A stretch of 63,942 nt of DNA, filler included, from Limisphaerales bacterium (GCA_044225505.1; 3 parts of 3 records of this genome joined end to end with filler, not necessarily neighbours in it), one strand, 5' to 3'. Positions 1 to 9,830 are shown, numbered from the whole stretch's first letter. The notes: generated from the letters alone by a model not told the origin. Numbers and translations: made by a program.

Positions 1-183
1 AGGGGAAGTTACGAATCGGACAGCGTGGCGACGGTGGTCCTCGGCCATGGCGGTCTGAAAATCGGTGGTGGTCTGATGGTGGGGTCTGCGCTGGCGGGAG
101 CGCCATTTCATGAACAGGCGGTTGCTCAGACGCCGGAACATCCCCATCAGCCGAATCCCCTTTGAACTCTGGATACGGCAACG
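1..183 (-). pseudogene. Probable transposase C-terminal remnant (ISAs1-like), running off the window edge
   Basis: Manual translation gives RCRIQSSKGIRLMGMFRRLSNRLFMKWRSRQRRPHHQTTTDFQTAMAEDHRRHAVRFVTSP, resembling the segment after the 'EDxCRIR' motif of ISAs1-type transposases. Upstream sequence shows no transposase similarity. Confidence 0.4.
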
Positions 184-867
184 CCACAATCCCACAATCC
201 AAATAAGGTCCAAATAACCATGCGACAGCTACGCAGTTTGACAACTCCGTCCGGTCGAGCATAGTGGGAAAAAGAAATGAAGCCATGGGTGCTTGTCGTC
301 GTCCTTCATTTGGTGTTAGGCTCGGGTTGTGCCAGTTCGAGTTCGATGTGTCGGACCACGTCAGCGAGGGATTGGAAAGTTGGCGGACGCTATCCCAGCC
401 CGGAAATCTGGTTTCCCAGGGGTACAGACCAAGTGCCATGACGAATGGTCGGCGGCTGGGTACTGACAGGCTGACCGCTGAATTGGTGGCGGGGATGTCA
501 GGGTAAAGGCGAAAAGGCAAAGTGGCTTGAGTTCTTAGTCATTTCGGTTGAGGAATAAAGCCTCTGGAACCATCCAAACCGTGTCGGCACTTGGTGATGT
601 CGGTGAGTGGTCGACGCTAAACCCGTCAGAAGCTGCCGGGCACCCGAATGGCGCTGACTGGCCACCTTGCCGGCCTGTCGCCGATAGGAGCAGACCAGCT
701 GAGACCGCTGCTAGGGGGACATAAGGTCCGTGCCTGCCAATGATGCTCAGAACTCGCTCTCGCCAGAACGCTCGCCCACGTCCATTTCCCGGTCCCGCCA
801 TCTGGCTTGTGCAGCAGATACACCAAGCCGGTCGTCACGAGTCGTATGCTGTCGTGAGGAACTAATT

Positions 868-1053
868 ATGAACACGACATCGACCGATTCTGAGTGCCAG
901 ACGCTGGACATCAATGGTGCCGCAATTGCATTGGGCGTCTGCAAAGAGACTGTTCGGCGACTCGTCCGCCGCAAGGTGCTTCGGAAACTTCCAGAACTCC
1001 GACGCATTCTTATCCCGAGATCGGAAATCCAGCGGTACACAAATGGGCGCTGA
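868..1053 (+). CDS. Excisionase-like helix-turn-helix protein (HTH_17 type), 61 aa
   Basis: GAGGA RBS at 856-860, ATG at 868. Sequence LDINGAAIALGVCKETVRRLVRRKVL..RRILIPRSEI is a typical excisionase HTH. Lies about 220 bp from a tRNA 3' end. Confidence 0.8.
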   Translation: MNTTSTDSECQTLDINGAAIALGVCKETVRRLVRRKVLRKLPELRRILIPRSEIQRYTNGR

Positions 1054-1184
1054 CCGGGGGACCTTTACTTTATCCGAAACTCCGAAGAATTCCGCCAGTG
1101 TCGACGTGGCCGCTTCGGTCCTTGTTGGGCTGGCCAACTTCCGCTTGCTGTGCCTCTCCACGCATCCCTGAGCGACGGTTTCAA

Positions 1185-1206
1185 AATTGGCCAAGAATTG
1201 GCCAAG
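1185..1206. repeat. Perfect tandem 11-mer (AATTGGCCAAG)x2, candidate integrase arm-binding sites
   Basis: Repeat read directly; located about 70 bp beyond the tRNA 3' end. Function is inferred. Confidence 0.55.
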
Positions 1207-1274
1207 CACGTTTCCAGGTTCTCGCGACGTCTTTTTTCTGCCAGTCTAAAGCGCTGGTGTTTAGCGTCTTGGAA

Positions 1275-1350
<76 letters not shown>

Positions 1351-1568
1351 AGCGAAGACGTGAAAGATTGTGGAACCGGACGATTTTGTCAATCATCCTG
1401 TCAGTCGAAACGCCATTCATGGTTTGGATTAGGCGTGCGGCTAAACTGCCGGACAAACTGCGATCGTCCTTGGGAATCAAGCGGTTAGTACTGTCGAATC
1501 CCGGCGCCTGCTCGGTCGGCCGCCAAATCAGCTCCAACTAGGCACCAGGCAAACCTGGAGGATATACC

Positions 1569-3167
1569 ATGATCGAGCGAATGACAGCGAGCCCGTTAAA
1601 CCGGTTTGATCCGTTTAACATTGGGTTTCCGCATGTGAAGTCAATGCAAACACCATCAGGATGGAAAGCGGCCGTTCGACGCCTGCTGATTCTGGTCTGG
1701 GCAGCGACGTTACTGCCGGTGAACGGTGCCGAATCGTCACCAAGACTGCCCGACGAGATCCGTCCCGCTTTGGATCGCCTGATGAGCGGCTGTTTCAGTA
1801 ATCAGCAATTCAATGGGGTCTGCCTCGTGGCGCGCGGGGACCAAGTCATCTTCGAGCGCGCCGCCGGATTCCGAGATCTGCAGAACACACCGAATACAAT
1901 GCAAACCGCGTTTGAACTGGCCTCGGTGACCAAACCGATCACAGCCAGCGCAATCCTCTTTCTGATCAAGGAAGGTCGGTTAACGTTGACTCAGGACGTG
2001 GCGAGATTTTTTCCCAATTGGCCGTACTCTGGAGTCACTGTCCAGCACCTCTTAACGCACACGGCTGGCCTTCCAGACTATCGGCCGCTCTTCGCATCCG
2101 GTTGGGAGTCTTCGCGAGTGGCGAACAATGCGGATCTGCTTCGGCGCCTGATCGAGGCAAAGCCACCGCTGCAATTCCCACCCGGACAAGGATGGAGCTA
2201 CAGCAACACTGCCTACGCTATTCTGGCCCTGGTTGTGGGGCGTGTTTCCGGTCAGGCGTTTGATGCGTTTGTGCAGAATCATCTATTTAAACCTTCGGGA
2301 ATGGCCAGTTCGGGTGTTTGGCCACGCCGTGTCGATGACGCTGCCCAGGGGCATTGGCTCACCGCGCGCGGCTATAAGCCCTGGTCAGTCGATCGGCATC
2401 TCGACGGCATTGTCGGCGACGGCGGTGCGTATGCCACGGCGGCCGATTTGCACCGGTTTGCCCAGGCATTCTTTTCGTCCAGATTGCTGGGAGAGACCTT
2501 GACGCGAGCAGCCCTGACTCCCGTGCGAACGGGAAATGGCGGATTTCACTATCACGGAGTCGGATCTGGGCTCGGCTGGTATCTCAAGTTTGAAGGCGAC
2601 GAGCCAAACCCGGTGGAAGTGTTTCACACGGGCAATTACGGAGGCTTTCGTCTGCTCTTCTGGCACGACTTACGCCAGGATTGGACTCTGGTGTTGATGG
2701 ACAATTTCAATCATCCCTTGGATGAGATCGGCACGGCCGCTCAATCCATTTTGACGGGCAAATCCTGGCAGATGCCGCGAAGATCCATCCAAGACGCTTT
2801 TCTGCTCGCCATGTCCAAAGAGGGTCTGGAGGGCGCTCTGCGCGCGTATCAGCATCTGAAAACGACCCGTGGCGACGAGTACAACTTCGGTGAGCGAGAG
2901 TTGAATACGTTGGGATACGTGTTGCTGCGGGACAACTGCGTCGCCGAAGCCATCGCGGTCTTCCGGTTGAACACGGAAGAACACGCCGACTCGTTCAATG
3001 CGTTTGATAGCCTGGCCGAAGCGTGGGTGCAGAAGGGGGATTTGCCCGAAGCCATCCGGTGCTACGAACGAGCCGTTGCGCTCAATCCGAACTTTCAATC
3101 GGGTCGCGATATGATCGAACGTCTACGGCGTCAGTCAGCCGAAGGTAAGTCCGGTGGCAGGCCCTGA
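1569..3167 (+). CDS. Serine hydrolase, beta-lactamase (class C/AmpC-like) family, with C-terminal TPR domain
   Basis: SxxK (ASVTK), LLTHTAG, YSN and HTG motifs; C-terminal LNTLGY..NAFDSLAEA TPR; GGAGG RBS before ATG 1569. Confidence 0.9.
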   Translation: MIERMTASPLNRFDPFNIGFPHVKSMQTPSGWKAAVRRLLILVWAATLLPVNGAESSPRLPDEIRPALDRLMSGCFSNQQFNGVCLVARGDQVIFERAAGFRDLQNTPNTMQTAFELASVTKPITASAILFLIKEGRLTLTQDVARFFPNWPYSGVTVQHLLTHTAGLPDYRPLFASGWESSRVANNADLLRRLIEAKPPLQFPPGQGWSYSNTAYAILALVVGRVSGQAFDAFVQNHLFKPSGMASSGVWPRRVDDAAQGHWLTARGYKPWSVDRHLDGIVGDGGAYATAADLHRFAQAFFSSRLLGETLTRAALTPVRTGNGGFHYHGVGSGLGWYLKFEGDEPNPVEVFHTGNYGGFRLLFWHDLRQDWTLVLMDNFNHPLDEIGTAAQSILTGKSWQMPRRSIQDAFLLAMSKEGLEGALRAYQHLKTTRGDEYNFGERELNTLGYVLLRDNCVAEAIAVFRLNTEEHADSFNAFDSLAEAWVQKGDLPEAIRCYERAVALNPNFQSGRDMIERLRRQSAEGKSGGRP

Positions 3168-3204
3168 TACCCGAAACCATACCGTTGCAGCACGGTCGTT
3201 GACA

Positions 3205-3230
3205 CCGTTGGTGACAAATTTCACCAACGG
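3205..3230. terminator. Hairpin between convergent genes, candidate bidirectional terminator
   Basis: Perfect 10-bp stem CCGTTGGTGA-caaatt-TCACCAACGG; no clear U-tract. Confidence 0.45.
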
Positions 3231-3269
3231 ACCGCGGACAGCAGATCAAGCTTCGAATCTTTCAACATC

Positions 3270-5663
3270 TCACGGCTTTGGATGGGCGAGGAGCCAATCA
3301 ATGATTTGCGCAGACGCCTTGGGGTTGAGTGCCGATTGATGGGATCCTCCGCGGACGCTCCAGAGTTCGACGGCACCGCCGGGAGGGTAAGATTGATACT
3401 GCGTGACCTCGGTGTCCAAACCCGACACCTGGGTGTCGATGTCCAGCGAGGGCACTGGATCCGTGATTGGATCCCGAGCGCCATTGTATGAGGCCCACGT
3501 CTGGACTGACCGCATCGCGCCCGGATATCCGGATGACAGTCCCCAAGTACCGCCGTAGTAGTTCACGTCCTGATCCGTTTTGGCCCAAACGCAGAGGATA
3601 TTCACAGGCTGGGTCGGTTGGCAAAGGCTAGCGTCCAGATAGGTATTGCCCGCCAGGCTGACAATGCTCGCCACGAGGTCGGCCGAATGACAAGCCATGG
3701 TAAAGGCCATCTCACCTCCGGTTGAATGTCCCACGACTGCGATCCGCTTACGGTCTACGGCGAACTGCTTACTGATCTCTTGGATGAGCGCTCGCAGGTA
3801 CCCGGCGTCATCCACGTGATCGCTCCAGAAATCATTAATATCGGTGCCGTTCCAGTAGGGCAATCCGAGGCGACTGAGTGGGCCTTTGGGATAGCAGCAG
3901 AGAAATCCGCGTGTTTCCGCCAGAGGTTCGATCTTCCAGGCAGACTCATAGGTTTCTGGATCGCCGCCATAGCCATGCAGAAGGAGGACGAGGGGCAGGT
4001 TGGTTTGGCTATTGTAGCTGGAGGGGACGTATAGGCTCGCGGGCCTGGGGAGTGTGACGCGATAGAACGTCGTAGCCATCGCCGGATCGACGGAGCAGGG
4101 GCTTCTAGCAGCGGCAAGCGTCTGCCATGGGCCGGTGGGGTGGTCCGCCCTCTGCAGCGTTCCATCGCCGGTCCACCGGAGAACGTTCACGCCCGACTCG
4201 CGTCCGATCGTCAGCGCGGTATTGAAGGGCGGCGCCACCAGGACGTGGGAGCCCAGGATTTTCACCGTGGTTGTGGCTGTGCCCAGCTCGACACCGGGCG
4301 TTGGATTGCTGAGGACGACACGAAAGCTTTTCGCGCTTCCGTTCGCTCGGGGACGGAGGATCGGGATGGGCAGGTTCTTCACCGTTTCGTTTTCCTTGAA
4401 CTCGAGTGCCCCGGAGATCGCCTGATAATCCACTCCATTCACGGCTGTCGCATCGCTCGTCGCGTAATCCACCGTGATGGGACCCAAGAACCCGTCGTTG
4501 CCGCGAAGGATCGTGACGGAAAATTCAGCGGACGAATTCCAAGAATTCGTGAGTACCGCCGCCTCAAAGCCCACTCCTGGATCATTGTCCGAGATGAATA
4601 CGCTCGTGATCGCTGGAGTTCCTAACACCGCGCCACCGGTCGGATTGCTCAGGGCCAAGTCGAAACGCCTCGGCCCCTGCTTGGTCCCATTATTAAGGAT
4701 CGGGACGGCAATTCGCTTGACCGTCTCTCCTGGCCCAAACGAAAGGGTATTGGTGACCCCGATATAATCCGCACCGCTGGTCGCTGACCGGTCGGAGGTC
4801 GAATAGGCGACAGTAAAGGTGCTGTTCGTGTCGTCGGTGCCTCGGACAATGGAGATCAGCGCCACACCCGCATCTTCAGCCGTGTCATACCGATTGGTGG
4901 CAAATTGAAACCCCGGGTCATTGTCCAAGATCGTTACTATCGTTGACTTCGTCGTTCCCAGCGAAACGCCGTCTGGGTTGGACAAGGTTGCCTTGAACCT
5001 TCGGTTGGGCTGCTTGAGCGTGTTGTTGAGAAGGATCACCGGAACGAACTTGATCCGCTCCGTGGGCGCGAACGAGAGTGTGTTGGTGTAGCCGATGTAA
5101 TCGACTCCGTTGGTGCCCGTGAGATCGGAAGTGGCGAAGTCCACTCTCACTGGGAGGCTAACGTCATCGCCGCGAACCACGCCGATCTGCACTGCGCCAG
5201 CATCTTCGGCCCAAGACCAACCGTTGGCCGGGTTGTACTCGGCGAACTGAAATTGTATGCCAGTGTCCGTGTCACGGATGTTGACTTCGGCTGTTGCTGG
5301 ATTGCCCAGAACGGCGTTTGAGGGACTGCTCAACGAGACGGTGAACTTAGTAAACCCCTTCACAAAACCTTCATTCAAGATCGGAACGGCAATGGACTGG
5401 TTGGTTTCACCGACGCCGAAGGTGAGTGTCCCGTGGGTAGCGGTATACTTCAATCCGTCGGTGGCGGTGCCATCGCTGGTGGCGTAGTCCACGCTGGCCA
5501 CGGAGGTCAGCTCCTGCAGTCGCACAACGCTCAGCGTGACCGAGCCGGCCCACTCGGGCACGGAATAGTTGTTCGTGGAGAACTGCAGGACCGGCTGGCA
5601 CAAGGCAACCGTAAGGTTGGCAAGCACTATTCCGATCGTGAACAGAATATATTTTGAGTTCAT
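3270..5663 (-). CDS. Secreted protein: four Calx-beta domains + internal FYRV domain + PHB-depolymerase/LpqC-like esterase
   Basis: Signal peptide; four VDYATSDxTA..G.DY....L.F...ET repeats; alpha/beta hydrolase LLLHGYG, GHSTGG nucleophile elbow, C-terminal GGSH. Confidence 0.88.
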   Translation of the reverse strand: MNSKYILFTIGIVLANLTVALCQPVLQFSTNNYSVPEWAGSVTLSVVRLQELTSVASVDYATSDGTATDGLKYTATHGTLTFGVGETNQSIAVPILNEGFVKGFTKFTVSLSSPSNAVLGNPATAEVNIRDTDTGIQFQFAEYNPANGWSWAEDAGAVQIGVVRGDDVSLPVRVDFATSDLTGTNGVDYIGYTNTLSFAPTERIKFVPVILLNNTLKQPNRRFKATLSNPDGVSLGTTKSTIVTILDNDPGFQFATNRYDTAEDAGVALISIVRGTDDTNSTFTVAYSTSDRSATSGADYIGVTNTLSFGPGETVKRIAVPILNNGTKQGPRRFDLALSNPTGGAVLGTPAITSVFISDNDPGVGFEAAVLTNSWNSSAEFSVTILRGNDGFLGPITVDYATSDATAVNGVDYQAISGALEFKENETVKNLPIPILRPRANGSAKSFRVVLSNPTPGVELGTATTTVKILGSHVLVAPPFNTALTIGRESGVNVLRWTGDGTLQRADHPTGPWQTLAAARSPCSVDPAMATTFYRVTLPRPASLYVPSSYNSQTNLPLVLLLHGYGGDPETYESAWKIEPLAETRGFLCCYPKGPLSRLGLPYWNGTDINDFWSDHVDDAGYLRALIQEISKQFAVDRKRIAVVGHSTGGEMAFTMACHSADLVASIVSLAGNTYLDASLCQPTQPVNILCVWAKTDQDVNYYGGTWGLSSGYPGAMRSVQTWASYNGARDPITDPVPSLDIDTQVSGLDTEVTQYQSYPPGGAVELWSVRGGSHQSALNPKASAQIIDWLLAHPKP

Positions 5664-5727
5664 GGTAATGGGTGTTCTTAGCCTCAGGCTTGGTGATCGT
5701 TTTTGGGGCTATCGCCTCGCCCCCCAT

Positions 5728-5756
5728 CTAACACAGATAAAAAGGAAAAAAGTTAC
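5728..5756 (-). promoter_or_regulatory. Candidate ECF promoter GTAAC-N21-TAG upstream of the Calx-beta esterase
   Basis: Minus strand GTAACTTTTTTCCTTTTTATCTGTGTTAG; same motif and spacing as at 9026-9054. Confidence 0.6.
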
Positions 5757-5868
5757 CGAGACCAAAGGCGGCTCGCGTAATCAGGCCCGATTCTGCCGCT
5801 GTAAGCGATCCGTACGGACATAAAGATTCCCTCGGCTATCCCAGAGCCCGGCAGACAAATGCAGGCCT

Positions 5869-8800
5869 TTAGTCCTTCGGCGCCGGCCAAAGACGCAAGG
5901 TTTCGCCGCCAGCAGAGACGAGCATCTGGCCATCGGGCGAAAACTCCACGACTCCAACTCCGGTGGTATGTCCGTTCAAGGTCAGCATCTCGCGACGAGT
6001 GGCGACATTCCACAGCTTGATCTCGCCGTTGAGGGTCCCGGCTGCCAGGGTGCGGCCATCAGGCGAGAACGCCACGGAGCACATCCATCCCGAATCTCCC
6101 TTGAGAACTTCAGATTTGCCTGAGGAAACGTCCCAGAGACGCACCGTTTGGTCCATGCTCGCGGTAGCGAGCCATCTAGCGTCTGGAGAAAACGTGAGAC
6201 TTTTGATACCTAACGGATGCCCGTCCAATTTTGGGCCGGAAGTCAGGTCACGAGCGCGCCACAAGCGCGTGTGTCCGTCGTCGAATCCTGCAGCGAGCCA
6301 TTGTCCGTCTGGCGAAAAGGCCTGCGCCGTAATCGTCCCGGCAGAGTCGTGGATGGCGGCGGTTTCTATCCAGGATTGAGTCGACCACACCACGACGTCG
6401 GTTCCTCCGCAGACGAATGCGACCTGTTTTCCGTCGGTAGAAAACGTCGGGAAAACTGCCGACACGTCCGTTCGAGTCGTGACGGTTCGGACTTTTCTCG
6501 GCGATCCGTCATTCACATTCCAGACCTGGAACCCTAGCTCGGAGCCTTGCGTCACGAATTGCCGTCCATCCGGAGTGAATTTCCACAACCCCCCAGGAAC
6601 GGCGAGGAGGTTGGATATCCCTTGCATGCTCCAGAACTGACCGTTCCAGATGCTCCACTTCCCATCCGGTGAAAAAGTAAAAGCGCCTGCCCCTGGATAC
6701 GGTAAAACCTTGGCTCCGGATGTATCTACCGCGTCCACATCCCATACTCTGGCTGTCCCATCCGCACTGCCCGTGACAACTTGCTTTCCGTCAGAGGTGA
6801 AGCTGACGCCGCAGACTCGGTTTGTGTGCCCTCGGAAACGGTTCAGCTCTTCGCGATTCGCCAAGTCCCACAGGCGGGCCGTTAGGTCGAGACTGCATGA
6901 TGCCACGCGCTTTCCGTCCGGGGAAAAGGCAATGGAGTAAACCGTGCCATTATGGTGGCCGACAATCTCAGGAGCAGGACTTCCTCCGAGTTGCCAGCGG
7001 TAAACAGCCCCATCGATTCCGCCGCTGGCCAGTTGCTTTCCATCGGGAGAGAATTTTACGGCGAAAACCAAACCGCGATGCCCGGGCAACGTTTGAATGA
7101 TTTGTCGCGTGGCGACATCCCAAATGCGGATCGAGCCGTCCCCATGGGGAGTGGCGAGCCATCGGCCGTCTGGGGAAAACGCCAGGGTGAATCCGAGGGA
7201 GCAATTATGGCCTGTCAGTTCGGCGCGCTTTGTTCCGGAGTTCAAATCCCAAAGGAAGATTTGTCCGACTTGGTTCGTTTCGTAAGGATAACCCGTGACC
7301 GAAGCGAGGAGAGTATTGTCAGGGCTGAAAGCAACGCCTGTGGTCATCTCCGTATGACCGCGCAGCGTTCCCTTGGATTTGAAAGAACGCAAATCCCAAA
7401 GATAAATCAGACCGTTCGCATTTGTGTCCGCGCTGGCCAAGGTATTGGCGAGCGTCTGGCCATCCGGGGAAACAGCGACCGAATAGATGACCCCTCGCGG
7501 CACGCTCAGAGTTTTTGCAGCCTGCCGGCGTTTGAAATCAAAAACCCTAAGGTTTCCGTCCATGCTGCCAGTGATCAGGAATTGATCGTCAGGGGACATT
7601 GCGCTGCCCCACAGACCGGGTGCTGCACTGAAAATGTGTTTCTCGACGGGCCGGCATAAGTCATGGAGGTATCTCCATTCAAACCCGCGCAGATCCGGCT
7701 CGGTCGTTCTTCCGCGGTCCCACACTTCCAGTAGGTCCTGGGCCCCTTGGACTCGGTCGGATTTCCATGCTTGGTAAGCGAGTTCTATATCCGACGCGTA
7801 TAAGTTTTCGCGCAACACATTAGCGCTATGTTCCGCTCGACGACGTTGATGCTCAGCTTGGCGCCACTCAAACGTCACGCCCACCACGCCGCTGGCGATC
7901 GCCAGAATGAGGCCGACCGCGAGTCCCGCGATCGCCGGATGCCGTCTCGCCCATTTCCAAAGCCGTTCGCTTCGGCTCGTTGGGCGCATCAAGATGGGTT
8001 CGTGGCGAAACCACCGTTCCAGGTCCGATGCCAGGCTCGCCGCCGAGCTGTAACGTTGTGCAGGATCCTTCTCCAGACACTTCAAGCAAATCGTCTCCAG
8101 GTCGCGATCCACCGCGCGGTTAAAAATCGAAGGTGGCCGCGGGTCCTGATCCAGCACTTGGCGAATGGTCTCCAGTGTTGTCCCTCCACCAAACGGAGGC
8201 GATCCCGTCAACACCTCGTAAAGGACGGCTCCCAATCCATACACGTCGGTGGCTGTGGTCACGTCTTTGGCGCAGCCCCGAGCTTGCTCCGGGGACATGT
8301 AAGCGGGCGTGCCCAGGACCGCGTTGGTATGGGTCAAGGTGCTGTCCTTCTCGATCAGCTTGGCCAAACCAAAGTCGGTCAGGTGCGGTTCGCCCGCGGC
8401 ATCGATGAGAATATTGCTGGGCTTGATGTCTCGGTGCAGCACACCGCGCTGGTGGGCATAGTGCACTGCCCGCGCAATCGTGGCGACCAACAGCGCGCTT
8501 TTCCGCAAGTTTGAGATGTCTAACTTCCGATCTGCGATCGCTTGTCGTAAATTGGGACCTTCGATCAGGCCCATGGTGAAATAATGCTGCCCCTGGTGTT
8601 CGCCGATTTCGTAAATCGGAACAATGTTCGGGTGAGAGAGACTGGCAGCCGCTTCGGCTTCGCCTTTGAAGCGTTTGACCGATTCTGGAGTCGCCAAAGC
8701 ACCCACACTCATGACCTTTAAAGCGACCTGCCGATTGAGGCTGACTTGGCGGGCCTTAAAGACAACCCCCATGCCTCCGTGGGCAATTTCCTCGAGGAGC

Positions 8801-9012
8801 TCGAAATCACCGAAGTACGAGAGGCGCGTGCCGGTGAACGGAGTCTCTGGCCCAGGGAGTTTCTCGGTCAACGTCTTGACGGTAGCGCTCTCAGATTTTA
8901 GCGAGAACATTTCTAAACCGCCCGCCAGTAAACACTTGGCACAAAGTCCTTCGGGTGTATTGGCTGGGAGCTCAATTCCACAGCCGTCGCAGGTATGGCG
9001 TTTGTCTAACAC
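5869..9012 (-). CDS. Hanks-type Ser/Thr protein kinase with N-terminal CxxC/CxxC ribbon, one TM helix and WD40 propellers
   Basis: GGMGVV, VALK, HRDIKPSN, DFGLAK, GTPAYMSPEQ; TM IAGLAVGLILAIASGVVGVTF; many GH..V..VAFSPDG..LAS..D..W repeats. Confidence 0.96.
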   Translation of the reverse strand: MLDKRHTCDGCGIELPANTPEGLCAKCLLAGGLEMFSLKSESATVKTLTEKLPGPETPFTGTRLSYFGDFELLEEIAHGGMGVVFKARQVSLNRQVALKVMSVGALATPESVKRFKGEAEAAASLSHPNIVPIYEIGEHQGQHYFTMGLIEGPNLRQAIADRKLDISNLRKSALLVATIARAVHYAHQRGVLHRDIKPSNILIDAAGEPHLTDFGLAKLIEKDSTLTHTNAVLGTPAYMSPEQARGCAKDVTTATDVYGLGAVLYEVLTGSPPFGGGTTLETIRQVLDQDPRPPSIFNRAVDRDLETICLKCLEKDPAQRYSSAASLASDLERWFRHEPILMRPTSRSERLWKWARRHPAIAGLAVGLILAIASGVVGVTFEWRQAEHQRRRAEHSANVLRENLYASDIELAYQAWKSDRVQGAQDLLEVWDRGRTTEPDLRGFEWRYLHDLCRPVEKHIFSAAPGLWGSAMSPDDQFLITGSMDGNLRVFDFKRRQAAKTLSVPRGVIYSVAVSPDGQTLANTLASADTNANGLIYLWDLRSFKSKGTLRGHTEMTTGVAFSPDNTLLASVTGYPYETNQVGQIFLWDLNSGTKRAELTGHNCSLGFTLAFSPDGRWLATPHGDGSIRIWDVATRQIIQTLPGHRGLVFAVKFSPDGKQLASGGIDGAVYRWQLGGSPAPEIVGHHNGTVYSIAFSPDGKRVASCSLDLTARLWDLANREELNRFRGHTNRVCGVSFTSDGKQVVTGSADGTARVWDVDAVDTSGAKVLPYPGAGAFTFSPDGKWSIWNGQFWSMQGISNLLAVPGGLWKFTPDGRQFVTQGSELGFQVWNVNDGSPRKVRTVTTRTDVSAVFPTFSTDGKQVAFVCGGTDVVVWSTQSWIETAAIHDSAGTITAQAFSPDGQWLAAGFDDGHTRLWRARDLTSGPKLDGHPLGIKSLTFSPDARWLATASMDQTVRLWDVSSGKSEVLKGDSGWMCSVAFSPDGRTLAAGTLNGEIKLWNVATRREMLTLNGHTTGVGVVEFSPDGQMLVSAGGETLRLWPAPKD

Positions 9013-9025
9013 AGTTCGTCAACCC

Positions 9026-9054
9026 CTACCGAAGAATCGAAGCCAGAAAGTTAC
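9026..9054 (-). promoter_or_regulatory. Candidate ECF promoter GTAAC-N21-TAG upstream of the kinase
   Basis: Minus strand GTAACTTTCTGGCTTCGATTCTTCGGTAG in the 55-bp gap between the sigma and kinase genes. Confidence 0.6.
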
Positions 9055-9067
9055 AAACAAAAACGCC

Positions 9068-9823
9068 TTATCGAGTGAGGATGCGAATCAGATATCGCAG
9101 TTCGTCTTCAACGTCGTTGGGATCGTTGACCGTTTGAGCGATGTGAGCTCGGAGCAATTCACCGTAGCGTCGGCGCAGCCTATGGACGGCGACCTTCACG
9201 GTCCCTTCCTTGAGCCCGGTCCTTGCGGCTGCTTCAGCATACGCTTTCGTCTGCGGCTGTCCCGCCGAGAGAAACCCCTTCAGGTGCTCGAAGAGTTCCG
9301 CCTTCTCGGTCCGGACAAACTCTTGCCGCAGCTGAGCGATTACCCTTTCCAGCACCGTCCAGGCCCAGCGCTGTTCAAACAACGTTTCTGGAGTCGTCAT
9401 TTCCACCGCCTCAATCCGATAGCGCGACTCAGCTTCGGCCGCATCCAAACTTAGCAAGGGCCGGCCACCGCCACGCTTTTGGGCTCGAACTCGATCCCAC
9501 TCGTTGGCGAGAAAATGTTTCAGAGCCGTGAGGAGAAAAGATCGGAACCGTCCTATTCCCGGGGTCAGGTCCGCAATGAAATCTTTTTCCAGGAGTCGGG
9601 CAAAAAAGGCTTGAGTCAAGTCCTCGGCTTCCGTGGGGTTGTTTCCTCGGCGGCGGACGTAGGCGTAGAGCGGATACCAGTAAGTTCGGCAAAGTTCACT
9701 CAGGGCTTCGTGAGCAAGGGCGCCAGGACCTTCCCGTGCTGCCAGGATCACACTCCAGTGGGTCGTGTGAAACGCGACATCCGCTGGAGCCGCAGAACTG
9801 GGATCGCCCGATCCGGAAACCAT
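9068..9823 (-). CDS. ECF RNA polymerase sigma-70 factor of the kinase-associated PVC type
   Basis: FHTTHWSVIL, YWYPLYAYVRR, EAEDLTQAFF, GRFRSFLL and sigma4 GTVKVAVHRLRRR. ATG 9823 is preferred over TTG 9859 because TTGCCT-N17-TACCCT lies just upstream. Confidence 0.92.
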   Translation of the reverse strand: MVSGSGDPSSAAPADVAFHTTHWSVILAAREGPGALAHEALSELCRTYWYPLYAYVRRRGNNPTEAEDLTQAFFARLLEKDFIADLTPGIGRFRSFLLTALKHFLANEWDRVRAQKRGGGRPLLSLDAAEAESRYRIEAVEMTTPETLFEQRWAWTVLERVIAQLRQEFVRTEKAELFEHLKGFLSAGQPQTKAYAEAAARTGLKEGTVKVAVHRLRRRYGELLRAHIAQTVNDPNDVEDELRYLIRILTR

Positions 9824-9830
9824 AAGCGGG

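Noticed and set aside
626..838. ORF starting TTGLVYLLH, resembling a GIY-YIG N-terminus
   Set aside because: No second motif (Y.G) and the rest is not protein-like.
862..1209. Minus-strand ORF with AEFFGV as an integrase C-terminal remnant
   Set aside because: No R-H-R-H-Y catalytic motifs, and it overlaps the better supported excisionase on the opposite strand.
1569..3167. Beta-lactamase-family gene as an antibiotic-resistance partner of the BlaI/M56 pair
   Set aside because: They are on different contig pieces, and this family with a TPR tail commonly comprises peptidases or esterases. No evidence of linkage.
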